Origin: Candidatus Thorarchaeota archaeon
Lineage (GTDB): Archaea > Asgardarchaeota > Thorarchaeia > Thorarchaeales > Thorarchaeaceae
Direction of reading: 5' to 3'
Assembly: GCA_018335335.1 (NCBI GenBank)
Contig: JAGXKG010000001.1
Location: 253,600 to 317,599 of the forward strand
DNA length: 64,000 nt
Made by a program: the position numbers and the translations under genes. The notes under the pieces were generated by a model. The model did not search any database, was not told the DNA's origin, and saw only the letters and a list, made by a program, of their open reading frames with translations. The first letter of the stretch is position 1. Each line of letters opens with the position of its first letter. Below are positions 37,296 to 47,632 of this stretch, in pieces.

Positions 37296-39368
37296 TTGAT
37301 GGCAACATCCAAAGATGGTATCCAAGAGCGCTTCGAAGAGTTTCTACGAACATACAAGAATGAACACGGGAACTTGGTATACTGGCGCCAGATTCAACAG
37401 ATGTCCATCAATGACGAAACGAGTCTAAGTATTGACTTTGAGGACCTCTCAACTTTCGATAATGTGTTCATGGTCGAAGCTGCCGAGAACCCTACTTCCT
37501 TCTTAGAAAAAGCGAACAACGCACTCAAATCGGTTTTAAGAGTGGAGGACCCGGATTATGTACAAAGACTCCCTGAAGGAACAATACGCGCGAGAGTTGT
37601 AAACTATCCCGAGCACGTTGCTCTTAGGGCTTTGCGATCTAAACATATTGGTCGCCTCATACAGATAAGTGGTCTTATGATGCGTGCGAGTGAAGTCAAG
37701 CCGCTTCTTGTAGATGCTGTGTTCAAATGTAGGATATGTGAGGAGGAAATTTCGCAAAGACAAGAAGATGGACGCTATACAGAGCCCCCTATTTGCCCAA
37801 TTTGTGGAAAAAAAACCTCGATGAGATTACTTCCGAAGAAATCCAGTTTCATGGATTGGCAAAAAGTCCGGGTTCAAGAATCCCCCGAGGAACTACCACC
37901 AGGGCAAATGCCACGGTCGGTAGATGTTGTTCTTGAAGGTGATATCGTGGATTTATCGCGCCCCGGGGATTTGGTGCGGATAACGGGAATTCTTCAGACT
38001 TCTCCCGACTTTTCCAGACGTCGAGGCCGTCTGGCAACATTCAATGTCCACATTGATGCTGTTGGTATCGAAATTGCAGAAAAAGAATATGAACAAGTAG
38101 ATATCACTGAAGAAGATGAAAGGCGAATCAGGGAATTGGCTGAGGATCCCTATGTTCACGAGAGAATCTATGCCTCAATCGCTCCTTCTATCCATGGCCA
38201 TGAACGCATCAAAGAATCAATAGCCCTGCTCCTATTTGGCGGCGTTAGTAAGACCCTGCCTGACGGAACACGATTACGAGGCAAATCAAATATTCTGATG
38301 ATTGGTGACCCGGGTACTGGCAAGAGCCAGATATTGAAATTTGTTTCAAGCTTGGCGTCACGAAGTCTTTATACATCAGGAAAGGGTACAAGCGCAGCTG
38401 GACTCACGGCTGCTGTTGTTCATGATACTGATACTGGTGCTATGACGTTGGAAGCAGGAGCATTGGTACTAGCAGATCAAGGCATTGCTTGTATTGATGA
38501 GTTTGACAAAATGGACCCGAATGATAGAACTGCAATTCACGAGGCGATGGAGCAGCACACCGTAAGTATCGCTAAAGCTGGCATCGTTGCCACTCTGAAT
38601 GCTCGAACCTCAATACTGGCTGCTGCAAATCCTTCCCTTGGTAGATATGAGCCCCAGCGTTCGGTTCAAGACAACATCAAGTTACCATTCACCATCCTTT
38701 CGAGGTTCGACTTGTTGTGGATTCTTATAGACCGCGTAGAAGCAGAAAAGGATCGTGAGCTTGCGCAGTTCATCTTGGGAATGCACCAACTCAAGCAAAC
38801 AAAAAGTCAAGAAGGCGTACCTCCCATCGATCCGGAGTTTCTTCGCAAATACATTGGCTATGCAAATAGATATGTAATTCCGAGATTGACTGCTGAGGCT
38901 GCGGAGGTCATTGAAGATTTTTACGTTGGTCTTCGAAAGGGCGCAGAAGGTGGAGGCCAACCGGTTCCAATTACAGCACGCCAGCTGGAATCACTTGTTC
39001 GCCTAGCCGAGGCCAGAGCAAGAATGGGCTTGAGGTCCGAAGTAACAAAAGAAGACGCTCAAGCCGCTGTGCGACTCATGGAGGAATCCCTTCGCATGGT
39101 AGCTCTGGATGGAACGGGCAGAATTGACATTGATAAACTTGTTTCAACGATGAGTGCCGCACAGCGGAGCTCTTCTGATAAGATTCTTGATGCTATGAAA
39201 GAATTGGAAACTGAAGATTCATCAACTGTTAGCGAAGAAGCGCTACTTCAGAGAGTCTCAGATATGGGTGTTTCACGGGAACGAGCGGTTGAAGTAATAG
39301 AGAAACTTCTCGCTGAGGGGCTTATCTATAGCCCCAGCGAAGGCAAGATTGAGCGAATAAAGGGCTGA
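37296..39368 (+). CDS. mcm: MCM replicative helicase
   Basis: 690 aa; Zn finger C-x2-C...C-x2-C, Walker A GDPGTGKSQ, Walker B IDEFDKM, arginine finger, C-terminal wH; no intein. Confidence 0.95.
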   Translation: MMATSKDGIQERFEEFLRTYKNEHGNLVYWRQIQQMSINDETSLSIDFEDLSTFDNVFMVEAAENPTSFLEKANNALKSVLRVEDPDYVQRLPEGTIRARVVNYPEHVALRALRSKHIGRLIQISGLMMRASEVKPLLVDAVFKCRICEEEISQRQEDGRYTEPPICPICGKKTSMRLLPKKSSFMDWQKVRVQESPEELPPGQMPRSVDVVLEGDIVDLSRPGDLVRITGILQTSPDFSRRRGRLATFNVHIDAVGIEIAEKEYEQVDITEEDERRIRELAEDPYVHERIYASIAPSIHGHERIKESIALLLFGGVSKTLPDGTRLRGKSNILMIGDPGTGKSQILKFVSSLASRSLYTSGKGTSAAGLTAAVVHDTDTGAMTLEAGALVLADQGIACIDEFDKMDPNDRTAIHEAMEQHTVSIAKAGIVATLNARTSILAAANPSLGRYEPQRSVQDNIKLPFTILSRFDLLWILIDRVEAEKDRELAQFILGMHQLKQTKSQEGVPPIDPEFLRKYIGYANRYVIPRLTAEAAEVIEDFYVGLRKGAEGGGQPVPITARQLESLVRLAEARARMGLRSEVTKEDAQAAVRLMEESLRMVALDGTGRIDIDKLVSTMSAAQRSSSDKILDAMKELETEDSSTVSEEALLQRVSDMGVSRERAVEVIEKLLAEGLIYSPSEGKIERIKG

Positions 39369-39412
39369 ACTAGTCGCTTCAAATAAGGACGTTTCCAAAG
39401 GACAAGCCGGCG

Positions 39413-40468
39413 TCAGAATATTAAATCTTCTAGACGATTCCTAACATTACCAACCAATGACTTCGTGTAATCGATGGCTTTTTCCTTCTCTAGGTACCTT
39501 TCTTCCCGCGGTTTCTGCTCCAAATCAAGGAGCTCTCGAACCAAGTTACACGATCCTTCTCCAAGAACACCGAGCTCATAACCGCCTTCTAGGAAGTAAA
39601 CAATTTTGCCCCCTGTGTACTTTAGAGCAAGTTTAGCAAGTCTTGAGTTGATACGAGCAATTCCTGACATGGTTAATCCCAAATTGGTCAGTCTGTCGCT
39701 ATAATGACAGTCGAAGCCTGCTGAAACTAGCACAAACTCTGGATGATATACATCAAATAGGTCGTCAATCATCCTTTCAAAGACAAGTGAATAAGACTGG
39801 TCTCCGCTTCCAGGATACATTGGGAAATTCACATTGTACCCTTTTCCTTTATTGATTCCAAGATCTTCACAGGAACCGGTTCCAGGAAAGAGTGTTCTAC
39901 CGTCTTGATGAATGCCAATGTACAGAACTCTCTCATCCGAGTAGAAGGCGTTCTGCGTGCCGTTACCATGATGTGCATCATAATCCAGTATCAGAACTCT
40001 ATCGAGTTCCTTTTCATTGACTAGATAGCTTGCAGCTACTGCTATATTGTTTATATAACAGAAACCCATAGCTCGTGAATATTCGGCATGATGCCCCGGT
40101 GGTCTACAGACTACATATGCATTATCGTACAATCCCCCAAGTACCCCTTCTACTGCATCTATTCCTCCGCCTGCAGATAGTAATGCTGCTTCATAGGTAT
40201 ATTCATTGGCCGAAGTATCAAGTGTGAACCATCCTTCCCCTTGTTTCGATTTGTACTTGATATCCTTAATATACTCTTTATCGTGTATGGTGTATACCGA
40301 TTCCAACCGTGCTTTTGAGGGTGTGACAATCTGAGCCATGTCATCTTTCAATAATGATTCTCGTTCTAGGCTCTCAATTATCGTTTTCACACGTTCAGGT
40401 CTCTCTGGGTGCCCCGGACTTAGCATATGCTTTTCATATGACGGGTGATAGAAAATGCCTGTAGACAT
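39413..40468 (-). CDS. Histone-deacetylase-family Zn-dependent deacetylase (AcuC/acetylpolyamine amidohydrolase-like)
   Basis: 351 aa; GFCYINN, DYDAHHGNGTQ metal-binding signature. Confidence 0.8.
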   Translation of the reverse strand: MSTGIFYHPSYEKHMLSPGHPERPERVKTIIESLERESLLKDDMAQIVTPSKARLESVYTIHDKEYIKDIKYKSKQGEGWFTLDTSANEYTYEAALLSAGGGIDAVEGVLGGLYDNAYVVCRPPGHHAEYSRAMGFCYINNIAVAASYLVNEKELDRVLILDYDAHHGNGTQNAFYSDERVLYIGIHQDGRTLFPGTGSCEDLGINKGKGYNVNFPMYPGSGDQSYSLVFERMIDDLFDVYHPEFVLVSAGFDCHYSDRLTNLGLTMSGIARINSRLAKLALKYTGGKIVYFLEGGYELGVLGEGSCNLVRELLDLEQKPREERYLEKEKAIDYTKSLVGNVRNRLEDLIF

Positions 40469-40646
40469 AGCAAGAATTCCCTATGAACTCTTGTATTTCT
40501 TGTCTTATGAATTACTCACATTTGAGAATGATTCTAAGAATTCTACTGTTTGAACATAAGTTCTATCTAATGCAAGCTTGCGAAACACCTTTGTTCAATA
40601 AGTAATCTTTATCTTATCCTCTATTCACCGCAAGAACCACACTGAA

Positions 40647-40751
40647 GGGTCGGTAGTCTAGCTTGGTATCTACCTGAGACTATCAGGTAGCCAAACTGAT
40701 TCATGCTTGGGGTGCATGAGACCGCGTGTTCAAGTCACGCCCGGCCCACCA
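40647..40751 (+). tRNA. tRNA-Pro (anticodon GGG) with ~26-29-nt insertion in the D-arm region; CCA encoded
   Basis: Acceptor GGGUCGG/CCGGCCC; canonical 3' half CAUGC-UUGGGGU-GCAUG, var AGACC, T-arm GCGUG-UUCAAGU-CACGC; 5' part has 48 nt where ~19 expected; AUCA-GGUAGCCAAAC-UGAU can form the D-arm after removing GUCUAGCUUGGUAUCUACCUGAGACU. Confidence 0.7.
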
Positions 40752-40761
40752 TACCTTCTTC

Positions 40762-41340
40762 CTATCTATTCTCCCTACTGGATTCTACTTCCCATAGAGT
40801 GTCGTATATCGGACCGGATGAGGTTAATGTGCTCTTCTTCATCCTAACAGAATCAATAATCATTTCACCAATTGTAACTTCTGATAGACTATCGATACAG
40901 CTTACGATGTTGCGCTTGTTTTTTACATGACGCACGCGCGCTATCGTTGCATGAGGTGTATATTCCCTGCGTTCAGGTTTATATCCCAATTTCCGAATTC
41001 TGTCATCTATTTTCTTTTTCAGCTTCTTGAATCTCTCCGCGTTATTTGAAACTCCAATCCAGATAATTCTTGGGCGGCGAAGAGCCGGAAACACGCCAAC
41101 CCCCTCCAATCTAATTCTAAAGGGTTGAAAGCTCAAATCCTTCAGACTTTCTTCGATTTCGTCAAGTCTTACAGGTTCCGTATCGCCAAAGAATTTCAGC
41201 GTAAAATGGACATTCTCTTGTGATATTAGCTTCATCTTAGCAGCATCTTGGTCAAGCTTTGATTGAACTCTATTTATCCTTGAAAGCAGATCTTTATCCT
41301 CGATGTCTATACTGAGAAAGGCTCTTACCGAATCACTCAA
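40762..41340 (-). CDS. thpR: RNA 2',3'-cyclic phosphodiesterase / 2'-5' RNA ligase (LigT, 2H family)
   Basis: 192 aa; two H-x-T-x motifs (HFTLKF, HATIAR). Confidence 0.75.
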   Translation of the reverse strand: MSDSVRAFLSIDIEDKDLLSRINRVQSKLDQDAAKMKLISQENVHFTLKFFGDTEPVRLDEIEESLKDLSFQPFRIRLEGVGVFPALRRPRIIWIGVSNNAERFKKLKKKIDDRIRKLGYKPERREYTPHATIARVRHVKNKRNIVSCIDSLSEVTIGEMIIDSVRMKKSTLTSSGPIYDTLWEVESSRENR

Positions 41341-41587
41341 CTCACTTCACCAGGTACCCGAAAAGTGGCTTGGGGGTAATAGTGTTTTTGAACCATGAGG
41401 ATTTACTCAAAACTTCGGATTTTCTTCCATTCTTGGGATACATTCGTCCCAGTGAACCTACATCGTATTGCTCTGCGGACATACCTCATTCTTAAAACCC
41501 ATTAGGAACATACCGAATCAAAAAGTAACATTCACTCCTTTGAACTAATTCCCCTCTGATGATTACACTCGTGGAGACAAAACACCA

Positions 41588-42133
41588 ATGGATTTGATTT
41601 TGATTACGGGTATGCCCGGTTCTGGAAAGACCGAGGTTGCTGATGAATTCGGCAAGGCCGGAGTCCCTGTTATTGTAATGGGTGATGTTATTAGAACAGA
41701 GACCCGACGTCGCGGGTTGGAACCTGATTCGATTAATACAAAAAGTGTAATGCTCGATATGCGTCAGGAAAATGGTCCCGGAGCTGTCGCAAAAAGGTGT
41801 GTTTCCAAACTCGATGGCTTAGAGTCTAATATTGCTGCAATCGAAGGTTGCAGAAGTCTTTCAGAGGTTGAAGTATTTGAGGAATACGCTGAATCTGTTA
41901 AGATTCTTTGTGTCCATGCTTCACCCTCTACAAGATTCAAGAGATTACAGAATCGTGGCAGAAAGGACGCTCCACTAGATTGGGAGTCTTTCAAGGAACG
42001 GGACTTACGAGAGATTTCCGTGGGGCTTGGAGGGGTGATTGCATTAAGTGATATAATGTTGGTAAATGAAGGAACAATTGATGAAATTCGCAATTCCACA
42101 AAAAAACAAGTTGAGGTGCTCAAATCAAGTTGA
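41588..42133 (+). CDS. UPF0200-family P-loop nucleotide kinase
   Basis: 181 aa; ILITGMPGSGKTEVA...PVIVMGDVIRTETRRRGLEP pattern of archaeal UPF0200/adenylate-kinase-like proteins. Confidence 0.6.
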   Translation: MDLILITGMPGSGKTEVADEFGKAGVPVIVMGDVIRTETRRRGLEPDSINTKSVMLDMRQENGPGAVAKRCVSKLDGLESNIAAIEGCRSLSEVEVFEEYAESVKILCVHASPSTRFKRLQNRGRKDAPLDWESFKERDLREISVGLGGVIALSDIMLVNEGTIDEIRNSTKKQVEVLKSS

Positions 42134-42555
42134 AACTAAGAGTTGAATGTCCAGTTTATCCAACAGAAGAGATTGAGCGTGTAGAAGCTGCGGTGAAAAA
42201 TCTTTTTGGACACCATTCATTCGAAATCATCTCAGAGAATCACGAGAAAAGATTGCTATTCGTTTCGGAGGAACGCAGTACTGTTGATTTAATTCGGGAT
42301 TTGATTTATGATTTACAGATTCTTGACGTTGTACGTGCTAGGTTAATTCGCAATCTCGAATCTCTGGAAACCGACATATTTCTAGACAAACAAGCTGCGT
42401 ACTCGGGTCGACTAAGAGTAATTGATCAACTCCAACACAACCCCTCGCTAGGTTCAATACGACTTCATATGTCGTTTGTTAGCCGAAGTGAATTCGACGA
42501 TTTCCTGCGGTGGTTTTCTCCGAGGACAGAAGGAGGCGAGATAGTCCGTGCTTAG
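42130..42555 (+). CDS. Conserved archaeal protein co-located with UPF0200 kinase (UPF0201-like)
   Basis: 141 aa; ATGA-type overlap with upstream kinase gene; UPF0200/UPF0201 genes are typically adjacent in archaea. Confidence 0.4.
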   Translation: MKLRVECPVYPTEEIERVEAAVKNLFGHHSFEIISENHEKRLLFVSEERSTVDLIRDLIYDLQILDVVRARLIRNLESLETDIFLDKQAAYSGRLRVIDQLQHNPSLGSIRLHMSFVSRSEFDDFLRWFSPRTEGGEIVRA

Positions 42556-43583
42556 TTCTTCAACACGACTATTTCTCTTGTCAGACTCCGATGAACTCTG
42601 ATACTGACTTTTCTTTCAATTGTAAACCCCCTCTCTTCCGCAAGATTCCCCAGTTTCAACTCGCTGGAACTACATATACAGGCCCTTCCCTCTTTGCCCA
42701 GAATCTCGGGTATCTGTTCTAATAACGCAGAAAGAAGGTCTTTGGCTCTTGAACCGTATGTAGAGCTCGCCTGACCGTATGGTGGATCTGTAACAACGCC
42801 ATTGCAATGAGTCAAGGGCATGCGTTGAGCGTCGCTTTGAATTAAATTAAATTCCCCTCCTTTCAGACTTGAGAGATTATTCTTGGCTCCCTGCAAACGT
42901 AACCATTCTACATCCATACCAATGACCTTGCAACCTATTCTTGATGCTTCAAACAGTATTCCCCCAACACCACAATATGGGTCAAAAACCAAATCGTCTC
43001 TCTCTAGCTTGGCCAGATTACACATCACCATTGCTACTAAGGCATTCATAACTGAAGGATGAAACGATGGAAGCCTTTGTGACTGCTTCTTAATAAGATG
43101 GGAACGTAGACTAGATTCAATCGATTTGCAGACAAACATTACATCTCTCATCACAAAGAGACGGAATTCCACATCGGGATTCTCCAGAGACACGCTTGCT
43201 CCTGTGACCCTTTGTATTATGCTACCAAGAGCGATAGTTATCCTTCTTCTCACTTCGCTGCTATCATCCGAATCTAGGGACTGCGTTCTTATGCGAAATG
43301 ATTCCTCGTGTTCAATCATAGATTCTATCTTCGACTCGGAAATCTGCCCAATTTCTTTAACTGCCGTTTTTACCTCTGCAATGACTATTCCACTATACTT
43401 GAGCATTGCAGCTCTTTTTCGAAGGAACTTGGTATGATCCTCCTTAGTTTCAAAAATACCCAATCTGCCAAACCAGGAAATATCGGGATCTACACCCCGT
43501 AGTTCTAGTAATGCTTCCGTCTCATTCACTCCTAGAGTTCGATTCTCCCCGCTCAGAAACACAAAGAATTCTGGCAATTGCAC
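42552..43583 (-). CDS. tRNA (guanine10-N2)-methyltransferase Trm-G10/Trm11 family (THUMP + class-I MTase)
   Basis: 343 aa; N-terminal THUMP-like region; SAM motif I VFDPYCGVGGILFEASRIG; DPPYG motif IV. Confidence 0.7.
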   Translation of the reverse strand: MQLPEFFVFLSGENRTLGVNETEALLELRGVDPDISWFGRLGIFETKEDHTKFLRKRAAMLKYSGIVIAEVKTAVKEIGQISESKIESMIEHEESFRIRTQSLDSDDSSEVRRRITIALGSIIQRVTGASVSLENPDVEFRLFVMRDVMFVCKSIESSLRSHLIKKQSQRLPSFHPSVMNALVAMVMCNLAKLERDDLVFDPYCGVGGILFEASRIGCKVIGMDVEWLRLQGAKNNLSSLKGGEFNLIQSDAQRMPLTHCNGVVTDPPYGQASSTYGSRAKDLLSALLEQIPEILGKEGRACICSSSELKLGNLAEERGFTIERKVSIRVHRSLTREIVVLKN

Positions 43584-43586
43584 ACC

Positions 43587-44357
43587 TTACCATCCTGGAC
43601 TGTAGTCTTCTCCTCCTGCGAATATCCGCTGCATTTCCCCATACAGCTGCTCCATACCGGTCATCATTTTTCCAGAAACAGGAATGACGCTTGTCCCCCT
43701 CTGTGTATCATCAAGGAGTCTTAATATCGATCTAGAGTATTGACGAACCAGCCCCTGTGTGGTGGCATCAACCGCATCTTCCAATATGAACTGATTGCTT
43801 GACCATTCTACTATTCGATCAACTTCTTCCTTCGTAAGAATATCTGGTTTGCTAAGTATGCTCAACTGAGGAAGACCGAAGCGGATGTTAATAGATACAC
43901 CAAGCAACATAGAAGACAAGTAACCCCTTGGAGTACGAGCAATATTCGAGTCTAACAGATAGAGCGAGAGACCGATATCTTGACCTTTCAGACTGGAAAC
44001 CATCAGCGGGCCAGAATTGCGATATGCGAAAAGCTCCATCTGACCTGGGCAGTCTACAATAACATAGTTCCTTCCCATGGCCAGTATCTCCTGTCTAATC
44101 TCTTCGATTTGATTCACGGCCATATCGATTGACGCCACAAGACCCCCATTTGGCCCCAAGTTGAATTTGTCCATCAACTCCCAGTAATCCACATACTCGC
44201 GAATATCGACATCACTGGTGTACGGTGGGGATTCAACGCCTGGATCAAGATTTACGACCGTCACACTCATTTCAGAAGACGTTAGCCATTTTTCCATGGA
44301 TGCTGCTAACAGAGACTTTCCCGATCCCGCCGTGCCGACAATAAATGTCCAGAACAT
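43587..44357 (-). CDS. GPN-loop GTPase
   Basis: Walker A VGTAGSGKS, eponymous GPNGG loop; start trimmed to internal ATG (MFWTFIVG). Confidence 0.8.
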   Translation of the reverse strand: MFWTFIVGTAGSGKSLLAASMEKWLTSSEMSVTVVNLDPGVESPPYTSDVDIREYVDYWELMDKFNLGPNGGLVASIDMAVNQIEEIRQEILAMGRNYVIVDCPGQMELFAYRNSGPLMVSSLKGQDIGLSLYLLDSNIARTPRGYLSSMLLGVSINIRFGLPQLSILSKPDILTKEEVDRIVEWSSNQFILEDAVDATTQGLVRQYSRSILRLLDDTQRGTSVIPVSGKMMTGMEQLYGEMQRIFAGGEDYSPGW

Positions 44358-44465
44358 CAATAAAACCAAGATGACGAACCTCTGATCCCTCTTTGAGTTC
44401 TTCGGTTGACAAAAACCTCTTTCTACTGCAAAAGTCTTATGTGAATACACCTTCTGTTAGATATC

Positions 44466-45209
44466 ATGGAACTGGGAGACTCACTGCATCGCTTGGCTGA
44501 AGCAATGGCCGGGGAAATATGTCTAGCTGAAAATAATCCTGGTGCAGTAATGAAACGTTGGCGGGAGAAATTTCAAATCTCCCAGAAAACCCTCGCGGAG
44601 CATCTAGATGTTTCCCCGTCGGTTATTAGTGACTATGAAAGTGGACGGCGAAAATCCCCTCGTGTTGATACCATACGTAGATTCGTTGAGGGCCTCATAG
44701 AAATCGATGCAGAAAATGGTAGCCGGATTGCTGCGGCTTTTGAAAAGCTCCTAGCCCCCGAAATTGCTTCTGATGCTCTTCTTGATAGTCGTGAATTTGG
44801 ATTCCCGATACCCGCCAGATTATTAGTGAATCAATTGGATTGCAAGATTCTGACTCATGGTAATCTGCTTGATCGTGATATATATGGGTACACAGCTTTG
44901 GATAGTGTAAAGGCAATTGTCAATCTTACTCCTAAACAGTTACTACGTTTGTATGGTGGTACTACACAAAGAGCGGCGATTCTTACCAATGTATCTACTG
45001 GGAGATCCCCGATGGTGGCCATAAAGGCAAGCCAAATAGGGACGTCGGTAGCAGTAAAACCTGCAGTTGTTGTGATTCAAGGAGTAGAAGAATTGGACCC
45101 ATTAGCGGTCAGAATTGCTGATAACATTCATGTTCCCTTGTGTATATCTGAGCTAGAAACAACGGAGGTTCTCATAAGGAGCATTAGGTCATTTGAGCCC
45201 AAGATATAG
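44466..45209 (+). CDS. HTH XRE-family regulator with C-terminal conserved domain
   Basis: 247 aa; Cro/C1-type HTH QISQKTLAEHLDVSPSVISDYESG. Confidence 0.55.
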   Translation: MELGDSLHRLAEAMAGEICLAENNPGAVMKRWREKFQISQKTLAEHLDVSPSVISDYESGRRKSPRVDTIRRFVEGLIEIDAENGSRIAAAFEKLLAPEIASDALLDSREFGFPIPARLLVNQLDCKILTHGNLLDRDIYGYTALDSVKAIVNLTPKQLLRLYGGTTQRAAILTNVSTGRSPMVAIKASQIGTSVAVKPAVVVIQGVEELDPLAVRIADNIHVPLCISELETTEVLIRSIRSFEPKI

Positions 45210-45224
45210 GAGGTATTTCTCTAA

Positions 45225-46520
45225 TTGGACTTTGATATCGACATCAATGATCCCGTTCATGGTTTCATTAGTCTTACAGATACTGAAGCTGAAATCATCG
45301 ACACTGTTGCTTTTCAACGGCTCAGATTTGTAAAACAGCTTTCGGGAGGTCATTTTGTATATCCTACTGCAGAGCATACACGATTCAGTCATTCATTAGG
45401 GGTAATGTACATAGCAGGCCTCATCGGTAAAAGAATTATCAGTCAGATGGAGCTTCCTGAGGATACACTTCAAGAAATCAGGATAGCTGCACTTCTTCAT
45501 GATTTGGGCCATGGCCCCTTTAGCCATGTATTCGAAGAAGTACTTGGTGAGAAGCGCGAGTTGAACCATGAAGATGTTACAGAATGGTTAATAGAAAAGA
45601 GTGAAATTGGGGACATCCTAGATGACAGTACTGCTTCAAAAGAACGGATTTGTGATTTAGTTCGCGGCCGAGCAACCAACAAGATAGATGCAGTTCTTAG
45701 CGCCATTGTTGCGGGTCAAGTAGATTCTGACAAGATGGATTATCTAATTCGAGACTCTTTCTATTGTGGAGTGAATTATGGGCTTGTCGATATCTACCGA
45801 CTGGCTAATAGCATCTTTGTTTCTGAGAATGGTATGATTGAATTTGATTTGGCTGCCAGAGGTGCCTTGGAGTCATTCCTAGTAGCAAGATATGAGATGT
45901 TCCTAAATGTATATTATCACAAAACTGTTCGAAGCGTCGAAATTATGCTTATCCAAATGATGAAGGCTGCAGACCGTATTCTCAACCTAACCGGTTTCTC
46001 CACTCCTGATGAATTCTTGCGGCTTCATGACTATTCTATAGTATCTCAAGTTCGTCGTATTGATGAAAACGCTTCCCCCTCAGCTCGAGAGGCCTCAAAA
46101 ATCGTAAATCTCCTAGACAATCGTATTTTGTATAAATCCGCATTTGAGAAAGTTTTGCATACAAAAGACCATTTTGTTTCCAAGATTCTAACAAAACCAA
46201 AAGTTCGAGGAAGCATAGAGCAAGAAATCGCTTCAAATGCTGATATTCCACCTTCCCGGGTAATCGTAGATGTACCCACATTACCTTCAGTACCTTACAA
46301 TCCTCACCAATTGGATCCCATGGAAGTGGGTATCTTCGAATTGATAGATGGAAAACGGCATTCTCGTAATCTGTCCGACTATTCGAATATTGCAGAGATG
46401 ATGAAGGTATATCTTGATGTAATCCGTGTATATACCACAGATGAACATAGAAGAGAAGTAGGGCAAGCTGCTAGGGAGATCTTTCAAGAAGTGCCGGATG
46501 CTGCTCTGATTCACATGTAG
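45225..46520 (+). CDS. HD-domain phosphohydrolase (dNTP triphosphohydrolase-like)
   Basis: 431 aa; HD signature FSHSLGV...LLHDLGHGPFSH, downstream D...D. Confidence 0.7.
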   Translation: MDFDIDINDPVHGFISLTDTEAEIIDTVAFQRLRFVKQLSGGHFVYPTAEHTRFSHSLGVMYIAGLIGKRIISQMELPEDTLQEIRIAALLHDLGHGPFSHVFEEVLGEKRELNHEDVTEWLIEKSEIGDILDDSTASKERICDLVRGRATNKIDAVLSAIVAGQVDSDKMDYLIRDSFYCGVNYGLVDIYRLANSIFVSENGMIEFDLAARGALESFLVARYEMFLNVYYHKTVRSVEIMLIQMMKAADRILNLTGFSTPDEFLRLHDYSIVSQVRRIDENASPSAREASKIVNLLDNRILYKSAFEKVLHTKDHFVSKILTKPKVRGSIEQEIASNADIPPSRVIVDVPTLPSVPYNPHQLDPMEVGIFELIDGKRHSRNLSDYSNIAEMMKVYLDVIRVYTTDEHRREVGQAAREIFQEVPDAALIHM

Positions 46521-46687
46521 CTACAACTCCCTACAGATTAGTTAGTATCTGTTTTCTTGTTGTGGTTCTATTTTGGGCGTCCCTTGGCAAATGATAGTAT
46601 TTCGGATCAATCTCTTATGCTGTTGGAGCTTAAATACTTCCGTGGGAGAATCTACTTTGAACTATGCACTAGTTCGGAGCCCATATT

Positions 46688-47632
46688 GTGACTGACGAAC
46701 TCAACGATTCACTACAGGATATTCGCTCGATTACTGGTGTGGAAAATGTCGTGCTTATCCAGAAAGATGGCTTACCAGTAGCGAGTGCTGGCATTTGGTT
46801 TAGCAAGGATGAGGTGTTCGCAGTAGCTTCCGCAGCGTGTGGGATATTTGGTGTCGTTAAACTAGTGCACCGGGATTTCAAGTACCTATTGATGGAATCA
46901 GATACTTCCAAAGTTTTCCTAGCTGCCCTCCCTCGGACTCCCAATTACTTCTTGACCATTACGACTGCACCCAGAGTTAATTTAGCTGCTCTATTTATTG
47001 AAATGCGTAGTACCCTCTCTCGCATATCATACATCTTGAATGAGCAAATGGGTGATTCTCTTCCTCCTTTGAGGTCTTTTAGCTCAGAGGAAACTAGACA
47101 TGTACTTCGAGGATTTTCGGTTGCTGAAGGACGGAAAGATACGCAACAGATTAGCCGAGAAGTCATTTCCTTGACAAGGAAGCAGACTTCTGAGCTAAGA
47201 ACTATTCTTGCACAAGTACATGACAACATATCAGATGTTCAATCCACTTTCCTTGCACTGAGTGGAGGTGTTCGGATATCGCTTGATGGTTTCACAAGCG
47301 ATCGGCTTGCTGCGATGTCTTTCGCCCTGCACGATACTTCAGAACAGGTCATTCGTACCTTGAGAAACAGTAAACTCCATACAGTCCTTTGTGAAACAAA
47401 CAATCGGCGTCATTTCATTTACGATGTTCCCCATGGTGTCTTCAGCCTCTGGGTTTCAAAAGAAAGCCAAAAGCTGGGTCTTATGCGACTTCTTCTTAAG
47501 CATTACATTGCAGAACTCAGACGAACTCTGAAATCTGCTTCTGTTTCTAGTCCTTCGCTACCTGATGACTTGCGTGATTTGCTTTTCTCCAAAAGGCCGG
47601 ATAGCGAATTAACGGTGGCGAGGCGAGACTAA
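46688..47632 (+). CDS. Tandem Roadblock/LC7 (MglB-like) domain protein
   Basis: 314 aa; GTG start; N-terminal IRSITGVENVVLIQKDGLPVAS...FAVASAACG fits Roadblock fold; second Roadblock-like repeat near residues 190-290. Confidence 0.6.
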   Translation: MTDELNDSLQDIRSITGVENVVLIQKDGLPVASAGIWFSKDEVFAVASAACGIFGVVKLVHRDFKYLLMESDTSKVFLAALPRTPNYFLTITTAPRVNLAALFIEMRSTLSRISYILNEQMGDSLPPLRSFSSEETRHVLRGFSVAEGRKDTQQISREVISLTRKQTSELRTILAQVHDNISDVQSTFLALSGGVRISLDGFTSDRLAAMSFALHDTSEQVIRTLRNSKLHTVLCETNNRRHFIYDVPHGVFSLWVSKESQKLGLMRLLLKHYIAELRRTLKSASVSSPSLPDDLRDLLFSKRPDSELTVARRD

